Notes under the pieces: model-generated
Databases searched by the model: none
Told to the model about the DNA's origin: nothing
Seen by the model: the letters and a program-made list of their open reading frames with translations, nothing else
Source of the DNA: Octopus bimaculoides
Lineage: Eukaryota
Direction: 5' to 3'
NCBI RefSeq assembly: GCF_001194135.2
Contig: NC_068981.1
Span: 145,129,834 to 145,193,833, forward strand
Length of the DNA: 64,000 bases
In this document: positions 1 through 12,932 of the stretch, in pieces
How positions within the stretch are numbered: the stretch's first letter is position 1
How the letters are laid out: the number at the start of each line of letters is the position of its first letter
Position numbers and translations under genes: made by a program

Positions 1-818
1 TTTATATTTAAAATTTCGAGGATGCGCACTGTTTGTTTTTGATTTTGTTGACTGCACAGTATAGTAGGGTCAGCTGGGCACCGTCTGTGAGAAAAGCAGC
101 ACCATGACACAATTCACTCTGCCAGAAATTTGGAAACATGCTGCACTGCTTGGCATTCACGCCGGAAGCTCCAATACGAACATTTCAGAGTGTTTGAGTG
201 TTAATCTGAGGACATGTACCGAGAGTGATAAAAATCAAACATCCAGTCAACATCATGGCGTTTGGAGTGATCACTAGTAATGGCCACGTTATACCGACAT
301 TCATATTCCTATACGGTCTCACACTCAACAAGGAGGCCTACATCAAGTGCCTGAAGGAGGTAGTACTGCGCTGGGTCAAGAGGGTGCCTGCCTGGAAGAC
401 GCTGAGTCTGATAACAGGACCCTGCTCCATACCACACAAGCAGGAGATCCCAGTCATGGCTGTCAGACAATTTCTGCGACCACATAACCCCTAACATCGG
501 ACCACCTAACTCCCCAGACTGCAACCCCCTTGATTATTTTGTGTGGGGCGCAGTTGAGCGAGATACCGACAAGTATCCTTGTAGAACCAAAGATGAACTG
601 AAGGCAAGGATTATGGCAGCATTCACCAACTTAAACAAGGGGACTGTCCAGAATAGTTGCAGGAGATTCCGAAGCCGTCTGGAGGCCGTTGTTGAAGCCA
701 ATGGCGATTAGTATTTCAAGATACTTTTATACAATTTTGGTAAATATATCTTTTAAAATGAGGTGTCAGTTTTATTTTCATTTTTGCGTAATTTGGACAA
801 TATATTCACAGCTCCCTG
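1..818 (+). mobile_element. Non-autonomous Tc1/mariner element (maT/DD37D-like), internally deleted; left end lies before the window
   Basis: Degenerate transposase core: HPVNIMAFGVITSNG..FIFLYGLTLNKEAYIKCL, then PPNSPDCNPLDYFVWGAVER..RFRSRLEAVVEANGD in a shifted frame. Ends ..ccctg before a TG/TA microsatellite. Colinear with 12354-12872. Confidence 0.8.
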
Positions 819-831
819 TGTATATATATAT

Positions 832-883
<52 letters not shown>

Positions 884-889
884 GTATGC

Positions 890-939
<50 letters not shown>

Positions 940-959
940 GAATGTATATATATATGTAT

Positions 960-997
<38 letters not shown>
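819..997. repeat. Compound (TA)/(GT)/(TATG) microsatellite
   Basis: Direct reading. Confidence 0.95.
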
Positions 998-999
<2 letters not shown>

Positions 1000-1001
<2 letters not shown>

Positions 1002-1137
1002 AGTCTGTGCATATGTGTATGTTTGCGTTTGTTCCCAACTACCACTTGACAACTGGTGTTGGTTAGTTTATGTCTTTATAAATGAGCAGTTCGGCAAAAG
1101 AGTCCAATAGAATAACTACCAGACTTAAGAAATAAGG
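1000..1137 (+). mobile_element. 3' part of SINE family A
   Basis: CACTTGACAACTGGTGTTGG..GCAGTTCGGCAAAAGAG..ATAGAATAA matches the 3' half of 28943-29255 and 41543-41905. Confidence 0.6.
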
Positions 1138-1701
1138 GGTCGTTATAGCTTAGACATTCTAACCATGAACATCCTGTACGCGTGCGTGTGTGTTTGTGTG
1201 TGTATAAAATGTTTTCATATACTATACAGAAATTAATTGAGGGTCCTTCTTCTGTAAAGCGTTACGGTATGATTTGAGGGATATTTGGCTACTGTTTTTA
1301 GCGAACGAAACGACTATTACTTTTGTTGTTACAGTTTAACTTCAAGTTCGCCTTAAACCAATAGACATATGACGAAATGTATTTCTTCCGAGACAGACAC
1401 GCTCCCCACCTTTAGAGAATCACTTGTCCCTTTTGGAAATCGGCAGGTTGGGGAAGATCTGGATGCCATTTCGAACATGTCATGTGACTACATACAGGCT
1501 CCCTCGTCGGCTCGGGCATATGACTTTATAGAAAGAAGCGCTAAAAAGAAAGTCTGTGGTTAATTTTTGCGTGGTGCTGGGAAGTGAACGCTTAACTCCT
1601 ACCCAACAAGGAAAATTATCTTTCAGGGTATGCGGTTTATGGTGTTTGTACTTGTAAAAGCAGTATGGAACCATAAGCGCGAGCAATATTTTGATGTAGA
1701 T

Positions 1702-2130
1702 AAGGCGGCGAGCTGGCACAAGCATTAGTACGCCAGGCGAAACGCTTAGCGGTATTTAGTCTGTTCTGAGTTCAAATTCCACAGAGGTCGACTTTGCCTT
1801 TCATCTTTTCAGGGTCGATAAATTAAGTACAAGTTGTGTACTGGGGTCGATCTAATTGACTGGCCCCCTCCCCAAAAGTTTTCGGTCCTTGTGCCTAGAG
1901 TAAAAAAGAATATTTTGATGTAGGTAAGACAGCGAACTAGCAGAATCGTTACCGCGTCAGACAAATTTCTTCTGACTTTACGTTCTGAGTTCAAATGCTG
2001 CCTAGGTCGACTTTGCCCTTCATGCTTTTCGGGGTCGGTAAAATAAGTACCAGCTGAGCATTGGCGTCGATGGACTCGACGTACCTCCTCCCACGAAACT
2101 GCTGGCCTTGTGCTAAAATTTGAATCCAAT
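1702..2130 (+). mobile_element. Head-to-tail dimer of SINE family B (1702-1910, 1925-2130)
   Basis: Each unit AAGGCGGCGAGCTGGCA..GTTCTGAGTTCAAAT (B-box-like)..GTCGACTTTGCCTTTCATC..AAGTAC; AATATTTTGATGTAG occurs at 1685 and 1909. Confidence 0.8.
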
Positions 2131-2227
2131 ATTTTAATGTGAATATTATTTGAAATTTGTAGAGTTTAGCTACTTAGTTGGTGAGATCTTACATATTTTC
2201 TGGTCCAAAAATGAATGTAATTGTTGT

Positions 2228-2416
2228 AATGTTATGTACGTATTTGTGTGCATATATAATGTTATGTTATGCACGTATGTTATGTAATGTTATGTACGTA
2301 TTTGTGTGCATATATGATGCTATGTTATGTACGTATTTGTGTGCATATATGATGTTATGTTATGTACGTATTTGTGTGCATATATGATGTTATGTTATGT
2401 ACGTATTTGTGTGCAT
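2228..2416. repeat. 35-bp minisatellite, about 5 units
   Basis: TATGTACGTA recurs at 2291, 2326, 2361 and 2396 (period 35), with a variant unit upstream. Confidence 0.9.
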
Positions 2417-2524
2417 GTACGTATTATGTGTGTCTGCTTGTATGTATGAGTTTGTGTACTTTGAAACATCATTTGATCATGTGATGCCTAGAATTTGTTT
2501 CTTTGTTTTGTCTTCCTTAAATAG

Positions 2525-2660
2525 ATATAATGCTTATACATGACTGGTATACATTCATTACGCCAGGAAGAATAAAATTCAAGATAAGACGAAACATGAA
2601 GGTGCTCATGTCTTTCTCCACTGAAATACATTTGGCATGTGGCTGTGTATATGTGTGTAT
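2525..2660 (+). CDS. Candidate host-gene exon (136 nt, phase 1 to 2), product unknown
   Basis: Long pyrimidine-rich acceptor ..GTCTTCCTTAAATAG, donor GTAAGT at 2661, single open frame IMLIHDWYTFITPGRIKFKIRRNMKVLMSFSTEIHLACGCVYVC. Confidence 0.2.
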
Positions 2661-3329
2661 GTAAGTAGATAAGTAAAAACGTTTTATGCTTTTAAGATAA
2701 TATTATTTGTTATGCTAGGAGATTGCGAAACAGGAAGCAAATCCCATATTAGGCGGAATTAATACCTCGTCTAAGTTTCACGCATGTAAAGAATGAGAAA
2801 GAAAGAGAAGTTGATGCCAAAATGACAGCCAAAATTTCCTCAATCAGTTACTAAAGAAAAGCAAATTAATTTTGAGCTAGAATCGAAAATTTATCGCACA
2901 AAACAGCTCGCTGAAAGCTTCCTTTGCTCTGCTTTGTTCGCCCCGTGTTCTTATATATATATATATAACAAGTAGTTATTTTACAGATATATTATAATTT
3001 TACAAAACTAATTACTGAAATCTAGAGATAACACTTTCAACCACCGATTAGGATTTCATTACCTTAAAAATAATATTTGTCTTGATATTCGTTTGAAAGG
3101 AAAACAATATCGGACAATATGAAACAAGACCGTATTTTTAAAATTCTGTTTTCGTTGTTTTATCAGTGATTAAACATTGAAGATAAACAGAATGAGACAA
3201 TTTAAGTACGAGAAAGAATATTGTTTAAAAGAGAAGTAATTGGGTATCATACTGTTAATAACTGATTCAATAGGAAGGTTAAATTGAATAAATAAATATT
3301 CCTAAGTAGCAAACCGGTACAGAGACACT

Positions 3330-3890
3330 CATGAACTTGTGAATGGCCATGTGATTAAGAAGTTTAGTTTGCAACTTTTTCACAAACCATTAACTAAAAT
3401 ACTGTGATGAACAGAAACTTTACTCGAATGATTCCGACAGGACGTATTTCTCTAAATGTACTGTTATTCTTCTTAAAGGAAGACCTGAACCGATTCCCAA
3501 TCTAACACCAATATCTGACCTTTGGACACATTAAGAGGAGTACTTCCTATTGCAATTATTTGATCTAGGTATCCAATCTGGGTATAAATTTTCTCCCGTC
3601 CACTTTTCACTTGACTCGGAAACGCAATATTCCATCATCTGTCAATGTGCTAATGTATATGACGGACTAGTGGAGTTTAACAGAGTTAATATAGTACAAT
3701 TAACTAGTGTGGTACCGAATAGTTCCGTAAAATTATATCCTAATTACATCATAATTACACCATAACTAATGCTGAGCTTTGAAAAACACCATAAATCTGG
3801 GGTTTTTTTAACATATACATCAAGTTAAGTTGTTTACAAGACCTGACGAATGTTTTGTAATTATGGCTTAATTATGCAAAACGTTTCGTA
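3330..3890 (-). mobile_element. Possible highly decayed Penelope-like RT remnant
   Basis: Minus-strand DDGIL-like motif near 3630; CCTGACGA..AAACG-type terminal motif near 3842. Confidence 0.2.
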
Positions 3891-4175
3891 ATGTTTGTTC
3901 CAGGAACGTTGATCGGTGAAGTTACTAAATCATTCGACGAAATACATTGTAGTATTTAGTTACGGTCATTTACATTATCAGTACTCAGATGCATACGGCA
4001 AAATTGTGAGTATCTAGCTGACAATACGGCGACTTTTAGAGTTACTCCACTTTTTCATGTCTTCGTCTATTCTTTCCGTTGATGAGCATATGCTCAAAAC
4101 GTAAAAGACTTCTAATTTTCCTGCGCGTAAACCCTGTTTGTTCTATCACGTCTTCATGTTTTTTTCTTTTTGTAC

Positions 4176-4218
<43 letters not shown>

Positions 4219-4662
4219 AATGCTAAAAAAACTCATTTCTGTGTGTCAGTGTGTCACACTTTGACCCCATCTATCACTATTTATTGACATTCCTACTATT
4301 GCTCAGAGTAATAGTAGGCATAGAGACGGTGAGGGTGGTGGCGAAGACAGAGAGAGAGAGAGAAAGAAAGAGAGAGAGAAAGAAAGAGAGGGAGAGAGAA
4401 AACAAGAGAAAAAGAGAAAGCAAAAGAGGGAGGGAAACAGAGACAAAGAAATTTAGGATGATGCATATATCTGTACAACTGAAGAATATATTTACTTGGA
4501 AGCTTTTAATCTTTTGAAATCATTTCTGAGTTCAATATATTCAATAAACATTATCTATGTGTATGTATGTTTTATAATTTGTGTGTGTGTGTGTGTGTGT
4601 GTCTGTCTGTGTGTGTGTGTTTGTGTGTGTCTGTGTGTGTGTGTACGTGCGCGTGCGCGTGC

Positions 4663-4704
<42 letters not shown>

Positions 4705-6220
4705 GTTAAACTGCATTGACTACTGGACTGACATAAAACAATGTATTAGATAATAACTCTGGAATCTTATCAGCCTCCTAAATAGTACCTTCATTATATG
4801 TTATAGAAATACGATAGCTGAGCAGTAATTATCAAGAACCGATGCGCGTGCGATTCTAACTCGAGCAGGATTCCACAACCAACTACTCTACATATGGCTG
4901 TGTATGTAGATGTGTGTGTGGGGGGGGGGGGTTGAAGTATGTTTATATACATGTGTATANNNNNNNNNNNNNNNNNNNNNNNNNNNNNNNNNNNNNNNNN
5001 NNNNNNNNNNNNNNNNNNNNNNNNNNNNNNNNNNNNNNNNNNNNNNNNNNNNNNNNNNNNNNNNNNNNNNNNNNNNNNNNNNNNNNNNNNNNNNNNNNNN
5101 NNNNNNNNNNNNNNNNNNNNNNNNNNNNNNNNNNNNNNNNNNNNNNNNNNNNNNNNNNNNNNNNNNNNNNNNNNNNNNNTATATATATAGGAAGACAGAG
5201 TGTGTGTATATATGTACATATAGAGAGTACACATAAATAATTAAATGTTAAGTATTTGTTTATTTAATCAGATTATATATGAATTGAAAGAGATTTCTTT
5301 CTTACACTTCTAAATTACATATGATTATATACCAAAATGTTCAATTAGAATTCAATAATACTGTCTATAGCTGCATAATTGACTTAATAACTGTATCGCA
5401 TCACCACAAAACGAATATCACTTAATTTTAGAACATTGAAATATATAATTTATTTTTAATGAAATAGAATCTCTGTTAAAATCGAGAATAATCATCAGAC
5501 AATTGTACGTGTTCGAATGTTTAATTTTCTTTTTCAAAATAGATTCACGGCTGCAAGGCATTATTTTGCAAATGTGATGATCACAACAATCTTATATTTT
5601 ATGTGTTGGTCACAACAAACTTATACGTCTAATAAGGTATTATAGATACTAGGCACACAACTCATTAACGCAAAACCCGGACTTCGTTCAATACTCGTGT
5701 CTACACGTTTCTCTAAGTTTTATATCGAATTTATATCGAAGTATCTTACTTGCCTCTATAACTCTGATTTTCTTGGTATTAATGACATTCCTAATTATTT
5801 CTGATTTTCTCCAGATCGTATTTACAGCACACTCAAATGGCTATTAAAATATGGAAGCTTAGTTTTCTCTAAGGTCGTTAAGTACTGCACTTTATTCTTT
5901 ATAATGCTCTTGGATCAATCCCTCATGAGATATTGAGTCCCAGACTATAACATTGGGTCCCTCTTTTTTACCGATACATTCATACCCTTCAGTGAAATTC
6001 TTCTCTTTATGATCAGGCGCACACTCAGCCAAGGGAACCAACCTATTTTAATTTCGAATCATGCGACAAAGATATATTTGACCAGTCAGGTGACTTCCTG
6101 TTCTTCTCCTCCTGAACGAACTAAATATATGCGAGATTAGCAAAGTTCTAGAGAAAAATATCCCATAAGGTGCAACATATCCCATAAGCACAAAGGAGTT
6201 TTGTTAACTTTATTTATATA

Positions 6221-7554
6221 CAGAGGGGTGGGGGCAGAGAGGACGTACGTTTTTGAAATGACTATTACTCAGTCCTATAGGGAGGGACATATGTCCGACA
6301 GATACCATTCGTGGTGTCTTAGCATTGTTTTTTTTCTTTTCAGTTGAAGCCATGGCGCTGTGGGCGATAGAGCATCGCATGTTTGCCTACGATAGCTACG
6401 TGAAGAATAACGAGTCTTTCACAGCAGCTCAGCGTGAGTTTCGGAGCCACTTCAGCATTCTCCGAAATCAGGCTGTTCCCACTCGTAATACAATCTTACG
6501 TTGGGTGAATGCACTTCGTACACAATCTACACTAATGAATAAGAGACTGATGGAGGCGCCACGAACGGTACGGAACCCGGAAAATGTGGAACGCGTCAGA
6601 CAAGATTTGATATGGAGTCTGAATCGCTCTGCTCGGAGGCGTTCCACTGAACTTGGCATCTGTAATCGATCGATAAGGCATTAAGACCTGCATTTCCACC
6701 CATACAAATCGGTTATTGGGCAACAGTTGAAACCATGGAACTATGCACAACGGCTTAACTTCGTACATCAGATACAAGCAATTTTTGAGGCATATGACAA
6801 CCTCATTTTGTTAATGAGTGATGAAGCTCATTTCCATCTCAGTGGCATGGTGAATCAACAGAACTGTCGTTATTGAGCTCTTGATAATCCGAGAGAACTG
6901 CACGAAAGACCACTGCATAGCCCAAAAGTGACATCTGGTGTGCTTTTGGAAAAGTTGCTGTCATTGGTCCTTACATTTTTGAAGACGCTAATGGAAATGC
7001 TGATACTGTGAACTCCGAGTGTTACATCGAAATAATAAGCAATTTCTTTATGCCTGAATTACGACGAAAATGTATGCCTATTCGACGTGTGTGGTTTCAG
7101 CCAGAGCATCAATGGACGTTCTTCGTCCTCTCTTCGGGGACCACCTTATTTCCAGGTCTGCTGACATTCCTTCCCCCCCCCCCNNNNNNNNNNNNNNNNN
7201 NNNNNNNCCCGGTCTCCTGATTTGTCCGTGTGTGATTATTTCTTGTGGGGAAACCTCAAGGCACCTATGTATGCGCATAAGTCCCGTACATTGGATGATT
7301 TGAAGGAAGCTATTCACGTGGAAGTCACCCAAATGACAGAGCAAAGCTGGAGAGAGTGGAGTCAAATTCCAAGAACGCCTTCAGAAATGCATCAATGAAA
7401 ACAAACACCACATGATGGATGCTGTTTTCCACACTTGATTTTGACAAATGCTAATTCAATACAAACGCGTTCATTGAATAGAATTTGTTTGCAACCAAAA
7501 TTAATGATTTTGTAAACTTTTCAAAAATGCCTGTCCTCTTTGCCCCAACCTCTA
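6221..7554 (+). mobile_element. Near full-length, defective Tc1/mariner element (rosa/DD41D-like)
   Basis: TIRs CAGAGGGGTGGGGGCAGAGAGGAC..TTTTTGAAA and TTTCAAAAATGCCTGTCCTCTTTGCCCCAACCTCTA, with TA on the left. N-terminal HTH ORF 6325-6684 (AAQREFR..PTRNTILRWV), LMSDEAHFHLSGMVNQQNCRY, VWFQ, CDYFLWGNLK. Stops, frameshifts and loss of the QDGA motif. Confidence 0.85.
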
Positions 7555-9219
7555 GCATTAGATTGGAGAAGCGTGTAGTGAGATTATCAAAGTTATATAG
7601 AAGCTTATATTGAATTTTATAATGAATTCTTTATATTCATAAAATTCCTTTTATAATTTATCATAAACTTGTATGAGAACTCACTTAATCCTACCATAAC
7701 ATAATCGTACAACAGACCCGTTTGTAATTTCAAATAATAATCTAGAACTTTTGAGCCAAATTAACACGATATAATCCACTCCATCTATTCATTCACATAA
7801 TAAATCACCATTCGGCGAAAGCCATATTTGTTATTATTCCTCTTACACATTTTTTCTCTTTTCCTTCTCTCTAGCTCGATTATCAGTCCCTTTTCCAAGA
7901 AATTCGCTTTCTGTTTTTGCTTCGCTTTTCTATTTTTAACGTTCACATTATCTTCTGTTATTTTAAATGTTTTGATAAATCCTCCATCTTGAGAGTTGCC
8001 AGTTTCCTTAATTTAGGTTCTATTCCACAACCTGGCCTACTTTCACTACTACTTCTATTACAACTCTTAAATACTCCCATCAAAATACATATGCTTTTCC
8101 ATAGATTTTCTGCTTGATAAAACTTTCTTGGTGAAACTGCGAAGTCTTTCAAGATTTTTTAAGAAAGAAATCCGTAAATGTGTGTGTGCCGTATATATAC
8201 ATACATATNNNNNNNNNNNNNNNNNNNNNNNNNNNNNNNNNNNNNNNNNNNNNNNNNNNNNNNNNNNNNNNNNNNNNNNNNNNNNNNNNNNNNNNNNNNN
8301 NNNNNNTATATATATTTGTTTGTTTATTTATAAGTGTGTGCGCGTGCGTGTCTTTATCGATATTTTTTATGTGTATGAGTTGGAAGTGCAGGTTCATTTG
8401 CATATAGAGTAGACAACGTCAGATCAAAACAATTTTCGACTTAAATTATTTAGGAGATCTTGATGCTCATCTATCTTTCTTCTATTGAAATCCTATAACG
8501 ATCGACTCTATCATTCATCCCACGTTGGTCTATAAAACATGCTCTAGCCATCAAGTCAGTCGATTATACCCCTAACCTTCACTTTACTTTAAAAACCTAC
8601 TTCTGCTCCAGTAAAATAAACGTCAATGGCACTAATATTCGTCAGTTATTTGCGCTGATAAATTAATCGCAGTTAACTCAGGTTTATTTTCCTTGGACAA
8701 GTGATTAATTCAGCCGGATTGGTATGTGATTTAATTGCGACAATTAACGTGTGGAGGAGGATCAAAGATTATTCCAGAATAATTTGTCAAGAATCACTGA
8801 AAGATAATCGATAAAGTTACACGCACGCACGCACGCACGCACACACGCACATACAAACACAGATATATAGTAACGTATAAATTTATTTTCATTTTGTTAA
8901 TATTCTCAAAATATGGCCATAGTATTTCGCTAAGCTTTCAAGAGTAGGAATAAAGAAGTACTGTGGGTCAGTTTGTATATATATATACATATAGTTCTTG
9001 AGAACAGAGGAAACAGCTTACAGGATGATGGGGGAGAAGAAAGATAAACCCGTGGGATATGACTAGAAGGAAAAACAGAGGGGTGATTGGAAGTAGCTGA
9101 AAAGAGGTAGATAAAGTGAATGGGTAAAAAGTGGAAGAAAGAAAGAAAAACAATATGGCTACTGAAGAGATTAGAGTAAACGAAAGCTGATGACAGTAGT
9201 AAGATGTCGAAAACCCTAA

Positions 9220-9420
9220 TATTTTGGCCACGTCATCAAGGATCACAATCTCATTTCTTGCGTCCTCGTGGTTGGGTGGACGGAAAATGGGCCTGCAGGC
9301 AGCAAAGACGGAGATAGAGAGATGATGTCAAGGACTAGTTAGAGAGGGCATAGCTGTAGCGTGACGAGAAGCAGAGGTTGTACATGAGGCCCTCGATCCT
9401 TAACCATTAAGATGGGAATA
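9220..9420 (+). mobile_element. Decayed RTE-like LINE 3' fragment
   Basis: YFGHVIK..VLVVG..GRQRRR..DDVKD resembles the RTE C-terminal motif. Confidence 0.4.
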
Positions 9421-10005
9421 CTCATTTATTCGTTCATGCATAAACACAGGCACACACATGCACACAGACATGTTTACAAGCACATATTGATACATTCGAC
9501 ACGTCCGCGTATACATACATGTATACTATACGAAAGCTGCTTATTAATTACAGTATTTAACTTTTACTAACAGAAAGCAATTATTACAATTTACATTGTC
9601 TAGAAATTTCCTTGAAAATTCCAGTTTTAATATATTTTTATCAAAATAGGATTTTGAAGTTTCAATCACAAAATAAACTTTAATTAACAACATAATCAGC
9701 AGTGTTTAACTCTTACATCTGTACCTCTTTTCTTCAACTTAGTTTACTTGTATTTCTCTTTCTCTCTTCGTCTCTCTCTCTCTCTCTCTTTCACTCTTTG
9801 TTTACCACCCCCACTCCTATTAGTATTTCTTTTCATTTTTATATTTTTTCCTTTCTCTTAAAGTCATCATTTTTATCGTCTTTCTCACTCACATTCGTCT
9901 CTCACACACATTCCGTTTGTATCCAGTCGCATGTTATCTGATTTAACACTTTTTATCTTTACTCGTAACTCTCTGATCGATTCACTTTTTTCTTTGCAGC
10001 GCTAT

Positions 10006-10037
10006 CTCTCTCTTTTTCTCTCTCTTTCCCTCTCTTC

Positions 10038-10110
<73 letters not shown>
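10006..10110. repeat. (CT)n microsatellite
   Basis: Direct reading. Confidence 0.95.
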
Positions 10111-10113
<3 letters not shown>

Positions 10114-10469
10114 GATCTCTTAATCTCTTGATCCCTACAGTCTTTATTCAATCCTTTTCATTAAATATACATTCTTACAAAGTTTTTCTTTGAAATACTT
10201 TGAAAATATTTATGAAAAATTTTACACTATATTTATATATATAAAAAAAACTTAGAAATGTTTCATTTCAAGTTTATTTCGTTTACACGAATGAGTAAAC
10301 CATGATCCTCTGAATTATGAAATCCATGGTTATTCTCTGTGCCAAGGTCAACTTTACGTTTATTATTATGTAATATCCTTATTTGGTTTAACATATTCTT
10401 TGCAGCACAATGATATAATATTTATAGTACGCTATTTACTTCTATTTTACAATTTTTCAATATAACATG

Positions 10470-10935
10470 GATCATCCTTTAAAACTGAATGGTTAGTGGC
10501 AAAGGCACAGCAGCAAAAGGAGAAACGGGGAACTGAATCAGAGGAAACCAATGAAAACAACTGAAAGAGATGTTTGAATACACACTCAGGTTTGAGAATG
10601 TGACTATGATTCTCCAGCACACGACTGACTGACTTGGGTATCTCATAAAGAGAATAATCTGCTTCCAAACAATGCACTGATCCCTTCACAGTCTGTGAGT
10701 GTTCTGATGCCAATTGATGATAATCATCGAATGGGCATGATACGCAGACAAATATACCATGCAAATTGTAATGAGACACGAACAGTAACAGCAGTGCAAA
10801 CAAACATGATGCTTAAAGATCAAATCGAATACGTACAAAGAAGTATTTGTTAAAGAATTAGCAATGAATACCAATAATTTCATCGTTCTGCCAATCCTTG
10901 CGATCGGGATTTTGCTAAAGCCTCTGTGAACATTC
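10470..10935 (+). mobile_element. Possible Sola-like transposase remnant
   Basis: FHRSANPCDRDFAK (about 10880-10920) resembles the GHSxxPCDRDF motif; the rest is heavily decayed. Confidence 0.3.
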
Positions 10936-11144
10936 ATAAATAAGCTAGATATGGTTTATAAGGATTTTAATGCATCATGGACTTTCCTGAGAAGAAATAG
11001 TGAAAGAAATTAAGCTCCAGGGTTTCTTATGTTGTTACATTGTTTTGTTCATTTAAATTCTGAATAAATAATACAGACATGCTAAGACGGTCTTTCCCAT
11101 ACAAGATTTCATGAGCTCATATCTTTGTTTCTTTTATGTCACAG

Positions 11145-11228
11145 GAGAAAATGATTGCTACAATGTATGGAATGCTGATCTTTGGATGTTTCATCGTTGT
11201 CTTGGACTTTATAGTAATTACGAAGGCG
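11145..11228 (+). CDS. Candidate symmetric 84-nt exon of an unidentified host gene
   Basis: Acceptor TTTGTTTCTTTTATGTCACAG, donor GCG|GTAAGT. Two open frames: EKMIATMYGMLIFGCFIVVLDFIVITKA (TM-like) or GENDCYNVWNADLWMFHRCLGLYSNYEG. Confidence 0.4.
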
Positions 11229-11626
11229 GTAAGTAACATATATTCATTTATTCATTTTCTGTCATGATTACGAAACTTTGGCGCCGTTGATTCGTAGTTT
11301 CCAATGAGTCTAGCGCTCACTGCATTTATGAAAGCAAAAGTGGCTAAAGGGCACCTTTTAACAAGATACCACTCAAATATAGCAAAGAACCTCTATTCTA
11401 AAGCATGTTTATCGCTTTTGGTTTTAACCTTTCACATCTTCCAAAAGTGTACACTCATACATTCACAGTCATGCGTAATATATATATNNNNNNNNNNATA
11501 ATAACAGTCGATGGATAATTGTCAGCTCATTACAGCTGTTTCTTACGAATTTTTTCAAAAGACGAATGCTAAAAGACTTCATTGCTAAAAGACCGTAACC
11601 ATCAGATGAAACATAATTTCGAACAC

Positions 11627-11664
<38 letters not shown>

Positions 11665-12101
11665 AAAATAGATTCTAAATCATATAAAAAGATAAGATGT
11701 ATAGAACATCAAAAAGTATATCCGCAGTAATTAACACCTCAGTTAATAATAGGTCGTTAAACTCCAACACATTATATCAATTCCGTTAATTTCAGGTGAA
11801 AAACTCGCACGAATGTACATAATCGGATAAAACGATTCTTGAGACCAAATTATATTTAGAATAAAAAGCAGATAGTTTATCATTTAATTACTTTCAACGG
11901 TTGTGTCATTAGGAATAGATATCATTAATTCCATAATTTCGTGATTAAGATACGTAATAAATTAATATTAACCAATGTAAATTAAGTTTATTTAGAACAA
12001 ATTTTATTCCAAACTATCAGTAATATTACAGGCTTCGCTAATTATAGACCGTTGTTGGATTAAATACAAGCAAGACAGAGAGAATTATATAAGTGTGTGT
12101 G

Positions 12102-12151
<50 letters not shown>

Positions 12152-12353
12152 CAAGAAAAGATTAATAGTCGCTTCACAGTTTTGCCAGTTACTGTGAACG
12201 TTTCCCTTGTAATAAAGATAATCTTAACTGTACTCAACGATTTTTCAGTATTTTTTTGCTACTTTTATATGTGACTATATGTAAAAACAAACAACCACAC
12301 TCACCCCCCCCCACACACACACGCACGCATGCACACACAAACGTACATATGTA

Positions 12354-12872
12354 CAGGGTGCGATGGGTAAACTGTCACCATTTTATATCTTTAATTTCGC
12401 GCACGCGCATTGTTTTTGATTTTATCGACTACGCAGTATAGTAGATCAGTTCGGTACCGTCTGTGAGAAACAGCATGCTGTATTGCTTGGCATTCATTCC
12501 GGAAGCTCCAATACGAACATTTCAGTGTGTTTTGGTGACAATCTGAAGACAGAGCAAGTACTGGGAGTGATAAAAATCGAACATCCAGTGTTTGGTGTGA
12601 TCACTAGCGATAGCGACCTTATGCCTCCATTTATCTTCTCACACGGTCTCAGACTCAACAAGGAGGCCTACATCAAGTGTCTGGAGGAGGTACAGGAGAT
12701 TCCGAAGTCGTCTGGAGGCCGTGATTGAAGCCAATGACGATTTTCTTGAATGAATTTACTATGTATTTAAAAATATTTTTATGTAATTTTTGTAAGTATA
12801 TCTGTTAAAATGAGATGTCAGTGTTATTTTCATTTGGTGTAATTTAAATGACAATAGATTCACTTCACACTG
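12354..12872 (+). mobile_element. Shorter deletion derivative of the same maT-like family as 1-818
   Basis: TA|CAGGGTG...CACACTG|TA; extra internal deletion at about 12690 (GAGGAGGTA|CAGGAGATTCC) relative to copy 1. Confidence 0.8.
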
Positions 12873-12876
12873 TATG

Positions 12877-12932
<56 letters not shown>

